DNA of 64,000 bases. It comes from a virus (taxonomy: Duplodnaviria; Caudoviricetes). Positions 8,565 to 18,110 of the stretch are shown here, piece by piece. The notes under the pieces were generated by a model. The model saw nothing but the letters and a program-made list of their open reading frames with translations. It was not told the DNA's origin and searched no databases. Position 1 is the first letter of the stretch, and each line of letters opens with the position of its first letter. The stretch lies in the IMG/VR virus record IMGVR_UViG_3300036971_000130; one strand, written 5' to 3'. A program made the translations under genes and the position numbers.

Positions 8565-9335
8565 TCAGGCGACGGTGTGGATGCCGTAACCCGGTCCGTC
8601 CGTGAGGATGACGCCGACAGCACCCGGCAACGTGTTGGCCGACATCGTCTCGACCCTCGTGCCCTCGAAGAAGTTGGTGCGGCGCTGGTGCCAGTGACCG
8701 GTCACGAACAGCTTCGGCCTCGTGTTCCTGACCGCCTGCTGAAGCAGGTCGTTGACTGCATGGAGATCGTCGACGCAGTCCGCTGGGGGCCAGAAGGTCC
8801 GCTGAGGGAGAGCCCCGGTGATCGCTTCGTGAGCGATCAGGATGTCGAGCGGCTCATGGCCGAGACGTGCCAGGTCGCCACGGTGAGGCGCTTCATCGAG
8901 GAACACGCTGACTCCGAGAGGCCGACGGTTCCGGTCAGCGGACACCGCACCTCCGAGTCCACCGAAGCGGTGACCGTCGATGGTGAACCTGCCACCCCGA
9001 CGGATGTGGAACACCCCTGGAACGATCTCGCTCAGGTCTCGGTCGTGAGATCCGATGATCGGCCCGAGAAGGTCGTGGTTCTCGTGGTTGCCGTCGACCC
9101 AGTAGAAGGTGATCCCGTGCTCGACGCAGAAGTCCGAGATGTCGGTGATGTACGAAACGGGGATCTTCGGCATGGCGAACCCGAAGTCACCGACCTGGAC
9201 GACGTGCTTGACACCGAACGGAAGCAGGGCATCAAGGGAGCGCATCATGTCGACTCCGTTGCCGTGCATGTCTCCGATGACTCCGGCAACAACCTGATGG
9301 GTCTGGTCCATCTTGCTCTCTCGATTCGGCGGCAA
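8565..9335 (-). CDS. calcineurin-like metallophosphoesterase
   Basis: GDMHG, GDFG, GNHE, GHWH. Confidence 0.9.
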   Translation of the reverse strand: MPPNRESKMDQTHQVVAGVIGDMHGNGVDMMRSLDALLPFGVKHVVQVGDFGFAMPKIPVSYITDISDFCVEHGITFYWVDGNHENHDLLGPIIGSHDRDLSEIVPGVFHIRRGGRFTIDGHRFGGLGGAVSADRNRRPLGVSVFLDEAPHRGDLARLGHEPLDILIAHEAITGALPQRTFWPPADCVDDLHAVNDLLQQAVRNTRPKLFVTGHWHQRRTNFFEGTRVETMSANTLPGAVGVILTDGPGYGIHTVA

Positions 9336-9437
9336 AGCGACATGGTAGCCTATCTGGACAAAGGCGACACGGACATGAAATGCCTGAGTTGTCCGTCATC
9401 GTCTTCTATGTCCGGTTAGGCCACCCATAGTGTAGGC

Positions 9438-10181
9438 ATGAAGAAGATCATCCCAGTCCTCATCGCTCTCGTCGCCATCACGATGACGGCAGCAGCATGT
9501 CAGCCCGGCAGCGCAGGACAGTCCTCGGTCGACAGGCCACCGAGTGGTGGAGCGAGGGTTCTCGTCCTCGGTGACTCGCTCACCGCCGAAGCCTGGAAGT
9601 CCGGCAGGCCCGAACTCACCCTGAAGTCCTGGAAGATGGACTGGGCCGGGTCGAAGTTCGGATCAACGGCATGCGACGGGTACGCCGTTGCCCGCAGCGT
9701 CCCGCTCCCCGATGTCGTCATCGTCTCCTACTCCGGCAACGCCGGTCTGTACTCCTGCGTGACGAAGGGCAACACCCTCTCGGAGAAGTACCAGTACGAC
9801 CTCAACCGGATCATCGACTTCTACAAGGGCAAGGGTGTCCGGATCGTCGTGGTCGGAGCACCGAAGCGTGCGACCGAGGGAACCGAGGCCGTGTACAAGG
9901 CGATGAAGTCGACGGCTGCCGCCAGAGGCGTGCCGTGGATGGACGGCGGCAACACGATCACCCCGAACCGAGCAGCAACCGTGCCTCGCACCGCAACCTG
10001 CCTCGCCGGTGAACCGTCGTGCCGGAGCAACGGCACGAACATCATCCGGAACGCCGACCTCACCCACTTCTGCCCAACGGATGTGGACTTCTACGGTCGC
10101 TGTGGTACATACTCGTCGGGTGCGTACCGTTTCAACCTCGCTCTCAACCACGCCGTGACCATCTCCAAGGCCGTGAAGTGA
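9438..10181 (+). CDS. SGNH/GDSL-family lipoprotein
   Basis: lipobox AAAC, LGDSL, DLTH. Confidence 0.8.
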   Translation: MKKIIPVLIALVAITMTAAACQPGSAGQSSVDRPPSGGARVLVLGDSLTAEAWKSGRPELTLKSWKMDWAGSKFGSTACDGYAVARSVPLPDVVIVSYSGNAGLYSCVTKGNTLSEKYQYDLNRIIDFYKGKGVRIVVVGAPKRATEGTEAVYKAMKSTAAARGVPWMDGGNTITPNRAATVPRTATCLAGEPSCRSNGTNIIRNADLTHFCPTDVDFYGRCGTYSSGAYRFNLALNHAVTISKAVK

Positions 10182-10882
10182 CCGGACATCCGTTCCCCGG
10201 ATTCCAAGCCGAGATCACCTACTTGGGCGACCGTGTGCTGAAGCGGCATCACCACCACGGTGCGGCGCTCGCTGAGGTCGATGGTCTCCGTCGGTTCGAG
10301 CCCACCGGTGACTTCGTTCCCGTCCTGGACTTCGACGGCGACCGTCTGATCACGCTGGACTACGTCGAGCCGTTCCCCTACGAAGCTGCCAGCATCGGAG
10401 CGAACGTCTCCAACCTGATCCGCAAGATGTCGGAGGTCGACCCTCACGATCTCATGGAGACCCCGTGGCCGTTCCAGATTCCTGTGCTGAACTCGGAGTT
10501 CCACGTCAAGCTCGTGAACCAGGTGATGCGCCAGATCAAGGTCCCGAAGCAGAAGCCGGTCCCCGCTCACGGCGATCTGTGGCAGGGCAACATCATCATG
10601 GACGCCGACGGTGTGCTCCGCCTCATCGACCCGATCGCCTGCCTCCGCAAGCCGATCTTCTCGAAGGCGGAGTTCGCCGCTCGGGTCGTCGCCTATGACG
10701 GCATCAGCTACGCCGAGTTCGAGAAGCTGGCCGAGGACATGGGGGTCAGCGACATGCGGACCTTCAGCGATCTCGTCCTGGCGTTCTCCCTCGCCTCCTA
10801 CTTCTCGTACCAGCAGATGGACTGGATCGAGAAGATGAAGTCCTGGTCCACGGCTGTCGAGACCGTTCAGGGTTTGACCTGA
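10178..10882 (+). CDS. APH/fructosamine kinase-like phosphotransferase
   Basis: HGDLWQGNI, LIDP; GTGA coupling. Confidence 0.8.
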   Translation: MTGHPFPGFQAEITYLGDRVLKRHHHHGAALAEVDGLRRFEPTGDFVPVLDFDGDRLITLDYVEPFPYEAASIGANVSNLIRKMSEVDPHDLMETPWPFQIPVLNSEFHVKLVNQVMRQIKVPKQKPVPAHGDLWQGNIIMDADGVLRLIDPIACLRKPIFSKAEFAARVVAYDGISYAEFEKLAEDMGVSDMRTFSDLVLAFSLASYFSYQQMDWIEKMKSWSTAVETVQGLT

Positions 10883-10908
10883 CCGTTCCAGCGACCCATG
10901 TTGACGAC

Positions 10909-11283
10909 ATGGCTTACTCGACGCTCACCAAGACCAACAACTTCGCTTCCGTCGGAGCCGTCAACCAGAAGGACGGCAGCAAGCGCATCCACATCTGCGA
11001 CCGCTGCCACTCCGAGGTCGTCTGGGTGAAGTCCGAGAAGACCGGGAAGTCCTACCTCTGCCTCGTCAGCAAGGGCTACCACGACCAGCGGTTCTACGTC
11101 GGCCGCAACTTCCACAACTGCGACGAGATCGTCGCCCGTCAGGAAGCGGAGACGGCCTTCTACGGTCGTGCGGAGAAGTCGGCTGAGTTCGTCACCGCCA
11201 TCCAGAAGGCGAACGCCGAAGGCGACACCGCCGAGGTGGAGCGCCTCATGGCCGAGTACGACGAGTGGGTCGAGTCGCTCTGA
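10909..11283 (+). CDS. hypothetical protein with CxxC motif
   Basis: TTGACC-N17-CATGTT-N6-ATG; CDRC...HNC. Confidence 0.75.
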   Translation: MAYSTLTKTNNFASVGAVNQKDGSKRIHICDRCHSEVVWVKSEKTGKSYLCLVSKGYHDQRFYVGRNFHNCDEIVARQEAETAFYGRAEKSAEFVTAIQKANAEGDTAEVERLMAEYDEWVESL

Positions 11284-11288
11284 CGAAG

Positions 11289-11314
11289 AACGCCCGGCCG
11301 ATCGGCCGGGCGTT
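11289..11314. terminator. bidirectional terminator
   Basis: perfect palindrome aacgcccggccgatcggccgggcgtt between convergent genes. Confidence 0.75.
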
Positions 11315-11315
11315 G

Positions 11316-11714
11316 TCAGTTCTGGGCGATGACGTGGGTCAGGTGGGAGATCGAGGCTGAGAGAAGCCACTCGACTCGGTCGTAGCCGTGGTCTCCGTGG
11401 TAGTCGCACTCGTGGCTGAGAGCGCATCGTTCGAGGTACTCGACCATGTGCGGGAAGTACCCGATCGCCTCGTCGAGATCCTTCTGACGGTTCGCCGGAT
11501 GGAACGCCACCAGGTTCACCCCGAGAGCCGAAGCGGCCACCATGAGGTTCATCCGAGCCTTCACCGGGTCGTCGTTCTTGACGGCATCGACGACCGCCGG
11601 GATCGAGATGACGGCCAGAGCGAGACCTTCTTCTCCGGTCAGCGTCTCGTCGATCTTCCTCATGGCCTCGGCTGACTCGTTCAGCTTCTTCGACCTGATG
11701 TCCAGTGGGATCAT
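11316..11714 (-). CDS. hypothetical protein
   Basis: CATGAT-N6-ATG(11714). Confidence 0.7.
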   Translation of the reverse strand: MIPLDIRSKKLNESAEAMRKIDETLTGEEGLALAVISIPAVVDAVKNDDPVKARMNLMVAASALGVNLVAFHPANRQKDLDEAIGYFPHMVEYLERCALSHECDYHGDHGYDRVEWLLSASISHLTHVIAQN

Positions 11715-11767
11715 GTCACCATCATGGGTTGTGGTCGGACGACCTCGTTGTCGCCCGACCACTCACC

Positions 11768-12436
11768 CTACCGCATGACGTAGACGACTGCCGGACGGCC
11801 GCTGCCCGCCGGGTTCGGCCAGGTCTGACCGTTCGGCTCGATCCAGTCGAGCGAGTCCATCTTGCGACGGACGTTCGACGGGTCGACATCGGCTCTGGTC
11901 AGGACACGCTGGACCATCGCCACCCGGCTCGCTGTGGTGATCGGGTTCCCGTCGTCGTCGACCCCGATGTGTGTCAGGGAACGGAACAGGTCCGACTCGT
12001 TCCAGAACCGATCCCGGTACCAGGACATCACGTCGTCGACGATCCGGTGATGGTCGAACGCCAGACCGCTGTTGCGGTAGACGTTCTTCCAGAACCCCGT
12101 CTGCACTCCGGTTCCGACCTTCGGTGCGGTCACCACCGAGATCGACAGGACGTGACCTCGTGGGTCCCGGTCGTCACAGTCAGAGACCCCGACCTGCCGA
12201 ACCGACAGGAGGTTCTCGGGGCACAGACCGGCCTTGTTCAAGACCGCCCGATCGCTGGCGTTGACGATGGACTCACCACGGCCGAGGTAGACGCCGGGGA
12301 GGGCGTGAACACCGGCGAAGGGCTCCTGGTCACGGATGACGGTCAGGAACTCCAAGCGGTTGAGCCGCTCGTTGAACCTGAGGACCACAGCGTCGACGGT
12401 CACGATCGGACCGACGTAGGTGTCGTGCCCGCTCAT
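11768..12436 (-). CDS. Nudix / NrtR-like protein (ADP-ribose-binding Nudix + wHTH)
   Basis: TVDAVV, ALPG, RDPRG, LAFDH, DPSNVRRK, GRPA; Nudix box degenerate. Confidence 0.85.
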   Translation of the reverse strand: MSGHDTYVGPIVTVDAVVLRFNERLNRLEFLTVIRDQEPFAGVHALPGVYLGRGESIVNASDRAVLNKAGLCPENLLSVRQVGVSDCDDRDPRGHVLSISVVTAPKVGTGVQTGFWKNVYRNSGLAFDHHRIVDDVMSWYRDRFWNESDLFRSLTHIGVDDDGNPITTASRVAMVQRVLTRADVDPSNVRRKMDSLDWIEPNGQTWPNPAGSGRPAVVYVMR

Positions 12437-13956
12437 CCGAGGGTTCCGTTGTGCAGGCCGACCCGGTCGACCACGTCCTCCCAGTCCTGCCACATCTTGA
12501 ACTTGCCGTTCTCGTAGGCCACGATGAACTGGTCGTCGGGGTCGTAGAAGGGCTGATCGGCCTGGTGCAGCGTGTAGACGCCGTCGTTCAGGTGGACGGT
12601 GAGGTAGCCACGGCCCGACTTCTTCGTGCCGTTGTCGGTGGCCGGGTCCTTGAAGATCGGCTTCCAGACGCCGTCGATCTTGACGAGGGTGGCCTTCATG
12701 GCGAAGCCGAAGGTGTCACGGGTGACGTACTGGTACGTGTAGCTGCCGATGCCGAAGACGACGTTGGTGCTGGCGTACCCGAGAGCCATGAGACCTTCGC
12801 AGATGGCCGTGGCCCGGTCGTAGGTGATGCTGTCGCCGTAGATGAGGCCGATGTGGGGGTCGAGTTCCTTGTACCCCTTGCTGTTGACGGTCGATCCGAA
12901 GATGCCGTCGAGCACCTGGATGCTACCGAGACGAGCGGGGCTGCCATCGGGGGCGTCGGGGTCACCGCAGATGATCTTGACCGGATCGCCCGAGTCGGGG
13001 CGGATGACGAGCTTGCCGTCACGGGCCATGATCGTGTCCTTGATGTCCGGGAGAAGCTCGGTGAGCACCTTCCAGTAGTCCCAGGTGTCCGAGACGACCG
13101 AGAGGATGCCAGCCGGGTAGGTGGCGAGCAGACGGAGGTACGTCTCCTTCTCGTCGTCCTTGCCACCGGCGCACATCACGGCGTGCTCGGTGGCCGGGAC
13201 GGTGATGCCGACGAGCCGATCGAGGTGGTTCCGGCCGTAGTAGTAGTCGATGTAGTCGACCGCTGCGACATCATCGGTGCCGATGAAGGCGGTGAGGTGA
13301 CCGACCGCCGATGCGACACCGGCTTCGCTGCCAGCCATCCCTCGGGCCGAGAAGTCGTGGCCCTGGATCGCCGCCAGGAACGGCACGTCCGAGGTCTTCT
13401 CGGCGTAGCCATCGAGCAGGGTCCGGAAGCGGTACGCCTGTGTGGCCGTGGTGATCGGCTGCCAGAGTTCCTGCGAGAGCCAGGTCTCGATGTAGTTCGT
13501 GAGCCAGAAGGTCTCGGGGACCGTGTTGCGGACCTTCAGCATCGGGACACCGATGGGTAGCTTCGTGCCGTCGGGCAGCACCTCGAAGCGAAGGGGAAGC
13601 TCCTGAAGGTCCCAGAGGAACTTGATGTGGTCGACCGGGAACTCGGCATCGCCCAGCATGTTCAGGCAGCGAGCCTTGTAGCGGGCCTCGACGACCTCCC
13701 ACGGGGTCTCGAAGAACCGTCGCCAGCCCTTGTCGAGTTTGACGAGGGTCGGCTGGACCATCGTGATGATGTAGTCGATCCCGGTGATCCGGCTGGTCCG
13801 GGCCGTGAAGTTCGACTCCACTACCTCGGTGCCCTCCGGGTACTGTAAGATGTGACCGAGCTTGTAGGCGTCGATCAGCATTTCGATGGGGAGGAAGAAG
13901 TCCTCGTCCAGCCGTGCCGGGCGGAGGTCTGCTTCGGGGTTGGTGGTGATCTGCAT
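12433..13956 (-). CDS. nicotinamide phosphoribosyltransferase family (NadV / Namat-like)
   Basis: DAYKLGH, HDFSARG, PATEH, VSDTWD, RPDSGDP, YGDSIT, GIGSYTYQ, RDTFGFAMKAT. Confidence 0.95.
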   Translation of the reverse strand: MQITTNPEADLRPARLDEDFFLPIEMLIDAYKLGHILQYPEGTEVVESNFTARTSRITGIDYIITMVQPTLVKLDKGWRRFFETPWEVVEARYKARCLNMLGDAEFPVDHIKFLWDLQELPLRFEVLPDGTKLPIGVPMLKVRNTVPETFWLTNYIETWLSQELWQPITTATQAYRFRTLLDGYAEKTSDVPFLAAIQGHDFSARGMAGSEAGVASAVGHLTAFIGTDDVAAVDYIDYYYGRNHLDRLVGITVPATEHAVMCAGGKDDEKETYLRLLATYPAGILSVVSDTWDYWKVLTELLPDIKDTIMARDGKLVIRPDSGDPVKIICGDPDAPDGSPARLGSIQVLDGIFGSTVNSKGYKELDPHIGLIYGDSITYDRATAICEGLMALGYASTNVVFGIGSYTYQYVTRDTFGFAMKATLVKIDGVWKPIFKDPATDNGTKKSGRGYLTVHLNDGVYTLHQADQPFYDPDDQFIVAYENGKFKMWQDWEDVVDRVGLHNGTLG

Positions 13957-13988
13957 GGTGTTGCTCTTTCTGTTTGGGTTGGTTGGGA

Positions 13989-14807
13989 TTACAGGTAGTC
14001 GGCCGGGTTGAGGTTCACGACCTGGATGTCGACGCCGACGACATCGGCAGCACCCATGTCATCGGCGCTCTGGAACGAGTCGGTGCAGGCGATGGTGCTG
14101 AACCGTTCTGCGAGGGAATCGAAGCCCTGCGAGAAGATCCCGTGGGTGACCCACAGGGCGGTGTTCTCCCACGGGTGGTTCATGGCGTCGGCCAGACCGA
14201 GGAAGGTGCCGCCGCCGTCGCAGATGTCGTCGACGACGAGGACCAGACGGCCGGGGTCGATCTCGGGGCACGAGAAGCCGGTGAGCTTCCCGGTGAGACG
14301 GTCACGGATCTTGTCGGCCTGCACGGTCTCCACACCGAAGTGGTTGGCGACTCGGGTGGCCCGCTTCACCGCTCCCTTGTCGGGGATGACGATGACGGTG
14401 TCGGGCGTGACGAGGTCGGCGGGGATCACGGTCTCCGGCTCGATGACCTTGCGGCCGAGGATGCGACCAGGCATGTAGTCGCTGTGGGGGTCGACGCAGA
14501 TGACCTCGTCGAACTCGACGGTGTTGATGATCTTGGCGTAGACCTTGGCCGAGAGCGACGGGGCGTGGTCGCCTCGTGCGGCGGGGAGGTAGGGGGCGAA
14601 CAGGACGACCCGCTCGGCTCCGAGTTGGCGAACGGTCTCACCTGCGAGGCAGGCCGAGACGATCTCGTGCGAGTTGGCTCCACGGAGGTCGACGATGACG
14701 GTCTGACCGGTGAGGTCGGTGGCGGGGTCGACGTTGTAGTGGGGCTCCCCGGCGGGGAAGGTGACGTGCTCCATGTCGAGCGGAGCTTCGGTGATGATGG
14801 TGAGCAT
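13989..14807 (-). CDS. ribose-phosphate pyrophosphokinase-like (Prs / Adps-like)
   Basis: FPAGE, PYLPAAR, DPHS, PDKGA, VDDICDGGGTF, VTHGIFS. Confidence 0.9.
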   Translation of the reverse strand: MLTIITEAPLDMEHVTFPAGEPHYNVDPATDLTGQTVIVDLRGANSHEIVSACLAGETVRQLGAERVVLFAPYLPAARGDHAPSLSAKVYAKIINTVEFDEVICVDPHSDYMPGRILGRKVIEPETVIPADLVTPDTVIVIPDKGAVKRATRVANHFGVETVQADKIRDRLTGKLTGFSCPEIDPGRLVLVVDDICDGGGTFLGLADAMNHPWENTALWVTHGIFSQGFDSLAERFSTIACTDSFQSADDMGAADVVGVDIQVVNLNPADYL

Positions 14808-14872
14808 GGCGTGTTCCTTTCGGTCGGGGTGACCTTATCATGGGTGGCGGGTAATGGTCAAGCTGACTGTTA

Positions 14873-14924
14873 TTCCTAACATGGGTGGTGTGACACGGCC
14901 GGTCCAACCGCCCATGATGAAGGC
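14873..14924. promoter_or_regulatory. overlapping divergent sigma-A-like promoters
   Basis: + strand GTGACA-N17-CATGAT-N6-ATG(14925); - strand TGGACC-N17-CATGTT toward prs. Confidence 0.7.
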
Positions 14925-15389
14925 ATGAGCATCCACATCAGCGACACCGAAGACCTGACCGCCGAACGAGAGATCGTCGGGGCTCTCGCCTCGGTCGCCT
15001 CCCTGATCGGTGAGGTCGAGAAGCGCAGCAACCCGACGAACGCCGCCAAGATCGAGAAGCTCCGCACCTCGATCCTGGCCTTCATCGAGAGGGGAGCGGG
15101 CTTCCGCAACGTCAGCGACCTCTCCGAAGAACTCGGAGACGGCTCCTGGACCCAGGGCACCGCCGAGCAGAACTCGACCGCCCTCGCCGCCATCGACATC
15201 CGAGAGATCGGGTTCTACGTCTCGAAGCAGGTCCGCAAGATCGCTCACCGTCGAGGTGTCCGGGCCAAGCAGCGTGACCAGATCATCACCATCGCTGACG
15301 AGATGAAGGCGTTGGCTCGTGAAGGCTTCGCTGCGATCCAGCCCGGCAACTACACGGGGACGATCTCCTGGGCCAAGGAGGAAGCGTGA
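14925..15389 (+). CDS. hypothetical protein
   Basis: leaderless promoter; good codon bias. Confidence 0.75.
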   Translation: MSIHISDTEDLTAEREIVGALASVASLIGEVEKRSNPTNAAKIEKLRTSILAFIERGAGFRNVSDLSEELGDGSWTQGTAEQNSTALAAIDIREIGFYVSKQVRKIAHRRGVRAKQRDQIITIADEMKALAREGFAAIQPGNYTGTISWAKEEA

Positions 15390-15808
15390 ACATCTACATC
15401 CGGTGCACCAACGGAACGCACCTCGATCAGTGGGGCCTTCCCCAGCAGGTCAAGGTCATCGAGGAAATCGACCTGTTCACGTACGGTCGAGACGACAACA
15501 ACGAGTCGATCGCCACGAGCGTGACCAACGGGAAGGTCATCCACACCTTCTCGATGTACGCCTACCACGATGGGGTCCGAGGTGAGACGTGGCAGCAGCC
15601 GATGTTCGAGCGGTACGTGTTCTTCGGCAAGCCGATGTCGTGCTTCGACATCCACCAGTTCGTCCGGGTGACCTTCGGCATCGAAGATCCGGAGCCGACG
15701 AACCTCCACGATCTCCGTCAAGCTCTTGTTGACGAAGCGCCCGAAGACACCTGGGTCGACTGTGTGAAGGTCCGTTGGCCGGACCTGGTGATCGAGGACT
15801 TGACCTGA
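15386..15808 (+). CDS. hypothetical protein
   Basis: GTGA coupled to previous gene. Confidence 0.7.
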   Translation: MNIYIRCTNGTHLDQWGLPQQVKVIEEIDLFTYGRDDNNESIATSVTNGKVIHTFSMYAYHDGVRGETWQQPMFERYVFFGKPMSCFDIHQFVRVTFGIEDPEPTNLHDLRQALVDEAPEDTWVDCVKVRWPDLVIEDLT

Positions 15809-15834
15809 CCTTCGAGGTCAGGTACCTTGTCCTG

Positions 15835-15987
15835 CAATCCGGAGCCGTCATGGGCTAAGGAGGGCCTACGGGCCACATCGGTACTCCAAAGCCGCCCCGC
15901 TTCTACTCACGATCTTGGGATGCTTGCCGGGTGAGTGTTCAGTGCCGAGAGGAAGGGAAGGCCACGGATGCGTCCGGGCCTTTTCTT
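15835..15987 (+). ncRNA. candidate structured small RNA
   Basis: promoter TTGACC-N17-TACCTT (15800-15828), no credible ORF, nested stems with cUACGg loop, terminator hairpin plus T-run. Confidence 0.5.
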
Positions 15988-16101
15988 CGTTTTCCGGTAT
16001 GTCCGAACTGCCCAAGATGGATGTTCTGAGCGGTTCGTCCGGTCTGCTATGCTGGCTCGATCCACCCCACCAGACGAGCCACCCCTCTCGTCCTCATCGC
16101 C

Positions 16102-16548
16102 ATGTTCCTCGTGTGCCTTCTTTCGGCATGCGACCCCGGCGTTGGGGACCCAAGCACCCGAGCACGGGCAGCTATCAACGTTCACGTTCCCCAGCGGCTT
16201 CGAGATAGCACCCCGTACCGACTGATGAACGTCCCCGGCCAGACCTCGTACTCGAACACGAACGGCACGATCAGTGTCAGCTACGGCCAGTTCGACGACA
16301 CCTGGGATCACGCCCGCTTCATCGCCTTGCACGAGTTCGGTCATCAGGTGGCGTTCCGTCACGGCGCTGGCCGATACCTCGGAGATCCACCAGCCGGGTT
16401 CCCGTACCGTGGTGTGAAGCCAGAGGAAGTCTGGGGCGAATGCTTCGCCACCGCACTCACCGGCGTTGTCTGGCCGAGCTACGGGTACCCGGCGTGCGAC
16501 TCCACGTCGCTCAGATGGACTCGCCAGTGGATCGACCGCTGGCGCTGA
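16102..16548 (+). CDS. lipoprotein zinc metallopeptidase (HExxH); true start probably upstream
   Basis: LLSAC lipobox, LHEFGH, PEEVWGECFA. Confidence 0.7.
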   Translation: MFLVCLLSACDPGVGDPSTRARAAINVHVPQRLRDSTPYRLMNVPGQTSYSNTNGTISVSYGQFDDTWDHARFIALHEFGHQVAFRHGAGRYLGDPPAGFPYRGVKPEEVWGECFATALTGVVWPSYGYPACDSTSLRWTRQWIDRWR

Positions 16549-16563
16549 GGAAATCGTCGACCG

Positions 16564-17025
16564 TCAGGTCCCAACCTTGGCTCCGAGCCGATCGAGATGG
16601 GCCAGGACGGCTTCGATCTGATAGTGGGGGTCCTCGTGGTCCGAGCCGTAGCCACAGGAGCAGAAGGACGATGTGGTGTAGTCCTCGTTGGCGACGACCT
16701 CGATCCTGTGGCTCCGCATGAAGGAGGCGACCTTCTTGGTGATCTCGGAGGCACGGACCTTCTCGTCGATCAGGTTGTAGCGGTCCGCTGACGGCACCTC
16801 GGTCCACCGGAATCCAGGCTCATCCGGGCAGACGAAGAACGTGCCGTCTCGGACGAACTTCCGTCCTGGGTGGTCTCGGTCCACGATCTCCGTCTTGTCG
16901 GTCGTCGGGTCCCAATCGAATGCGAGGTGAGCGAGATCGACGATCTCCACGACGGGAACGGATACACCCCACTCATCGTGGTCGATGGTCGTGAATGACC
17001 TGACGATCGTTGGCGGCTGGTTCAT
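16564..17025 (-). CDS. DxWG / H-CxCG-H paralog family member
   Basis: DEWGVSVPV; H..FCSCG..AH. Confidence 0.75.
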   Translation of the reverse strand: MNQPPTIVRSFTTIDHDEWGVSVPVVEIVDLAHLAFDWDPTTDKTEIVDRDHPGRKFVRDGTFFVCPDEPGFRWTEVPSADRYNLIDEKVRASEITKKVASFMRSHRIEVVANEDYTTSSFCSCGYGSDHEDPHYQIEAVLAHLDRLGAKVGT

Positions 17026-17486
17026 GCGTCCCCCTCGGATCGGTGGGCCTCGACTTCTTCGACGATCTGCTCGTAGGTCCGAGACTCGTAGAAGGCAGGA
17101 TGCCATCCGCAGGAGCAGACCAGGACGTAGTACCCGTCATCGTCGAGTTCGACCACGACCTGATGGCTGTCCTTGTACGCCCAGATCGCTTCGTAGACCG
17201 GCTTCACGTCAAGGACAGGTTCGCCCTTGTAGGAGTACCTGCTGTTCTCGAAGTCAGGTTCCTCCCAGCGGTCGATCGAGTAGTCGCCGGGCACATCCCA
17301 GACACCTTCGTCGACGCCTGCGAGTGTGACACCGTGTCGAGTCGTCACCAGTTGAGGTACGGCGTAGTTGGTCTGCTTGACGATGTCGTCGTCCTCGATG
17401 AAGTCCATGTCCTCGATGACCGTGACCGGGACTCGAACGCCGAACTCGTCTGGTGTCCATTCGGTGTGGCCTTGGATGATGAACAT
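17022..17486 (-). CDS. DxWG / H-CxCG-H paralog family member
   Basis: DEFGVRVPV; H..VCSCGW..AH. Confidence 0.75.
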   Translation of the reverse strand: MFIIQGHTEWTPDEFGVRVPVTVIEDMDFIEDDDIVKQTNYAVPQLVTTRHGVTLAGVDEGVWDVPGDYSIDRWEEPDFENSRYSYKGEPVLDVKPVYEAIWAYKDSHQVVVELDDDGYYVLVCSCGWHPAFYESRTYEQIVEEVEAHRSEGDA

Positions 17487-17496
17487 GGCGGTCCTT

Positions 17497-18090
17497 TCAG
17501 GTCCACTCGGTCAAGGTCGACTCGGCAGACTCCTTAATCGCCTGGATGGCGACCAGACGACCTTTCGTGAGGCGTTCCTTGCTCTCGAACCCCATGAAGC
17601 AGTTGTAGGCGTAGCGCAGGAACCCGAGGTAGAAGTCGGCGGTCGTTGTGAGGTGCAGCTTCAGACCATCGGCAGACATCCCGTCAGCGATCTTGACGAT
17701 GCGACGATCGGTGTTGCCGACGATGGTCGTCCAACCATCGAAGTCGAGGTCGGACGGCGGGTTCCAGGTCGTTTCGAGGTCCATCAGGCCGTTGGCTGAG
17801 GCTGACGGTGACGAGAACCGGATGCCGGTGTTCAGGAAGTCGGTGAACTCGACCATGACGAGCCGCATGGCCTCGCTGCGCCCCTTGCCGAGCTTCGTGC
17901 GGACCGACTTCACCGAGAGCATCTCGCCCATGAACTCGACCATCATCTCGATCACCGATGCGGTGGCGGAGATCGGGTTCTCACCGAGCGGGAGTTCCGA
18001 ATCACCTACGGACACGGGTTCGTCGGAGTGCCAGTCGACGAAGACTCGCTCGAAGGACTCAGCATCATGGATCTTGGTCGTGAACTGCAT
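17497..18090 (-). CDS. hypothetical protein
   Basis: CATGAT promoter just upstream. Confidence 0.7.
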   Translation of the reverse strand: MQFTTKIHDAESFERVFVDWHSDEPVSVGDSELPLGENPISATASVIEMMVEFMGEMLSVKSVRTKLGKGRSEAMRLVMVEFTDFLNTGIRFSSPSASANGLMDLETTWNPPSDLDFDGWTTIVGNTDRRIVKIADGMSADGLKLHLTTTADFYLGFLRYAYNCFMGFESKERLTKGRLVAIQAIKESAESTLTEWT

Positions 18091-18110
18091 GTCCGTCATC
18101 ATGGGTCGGA

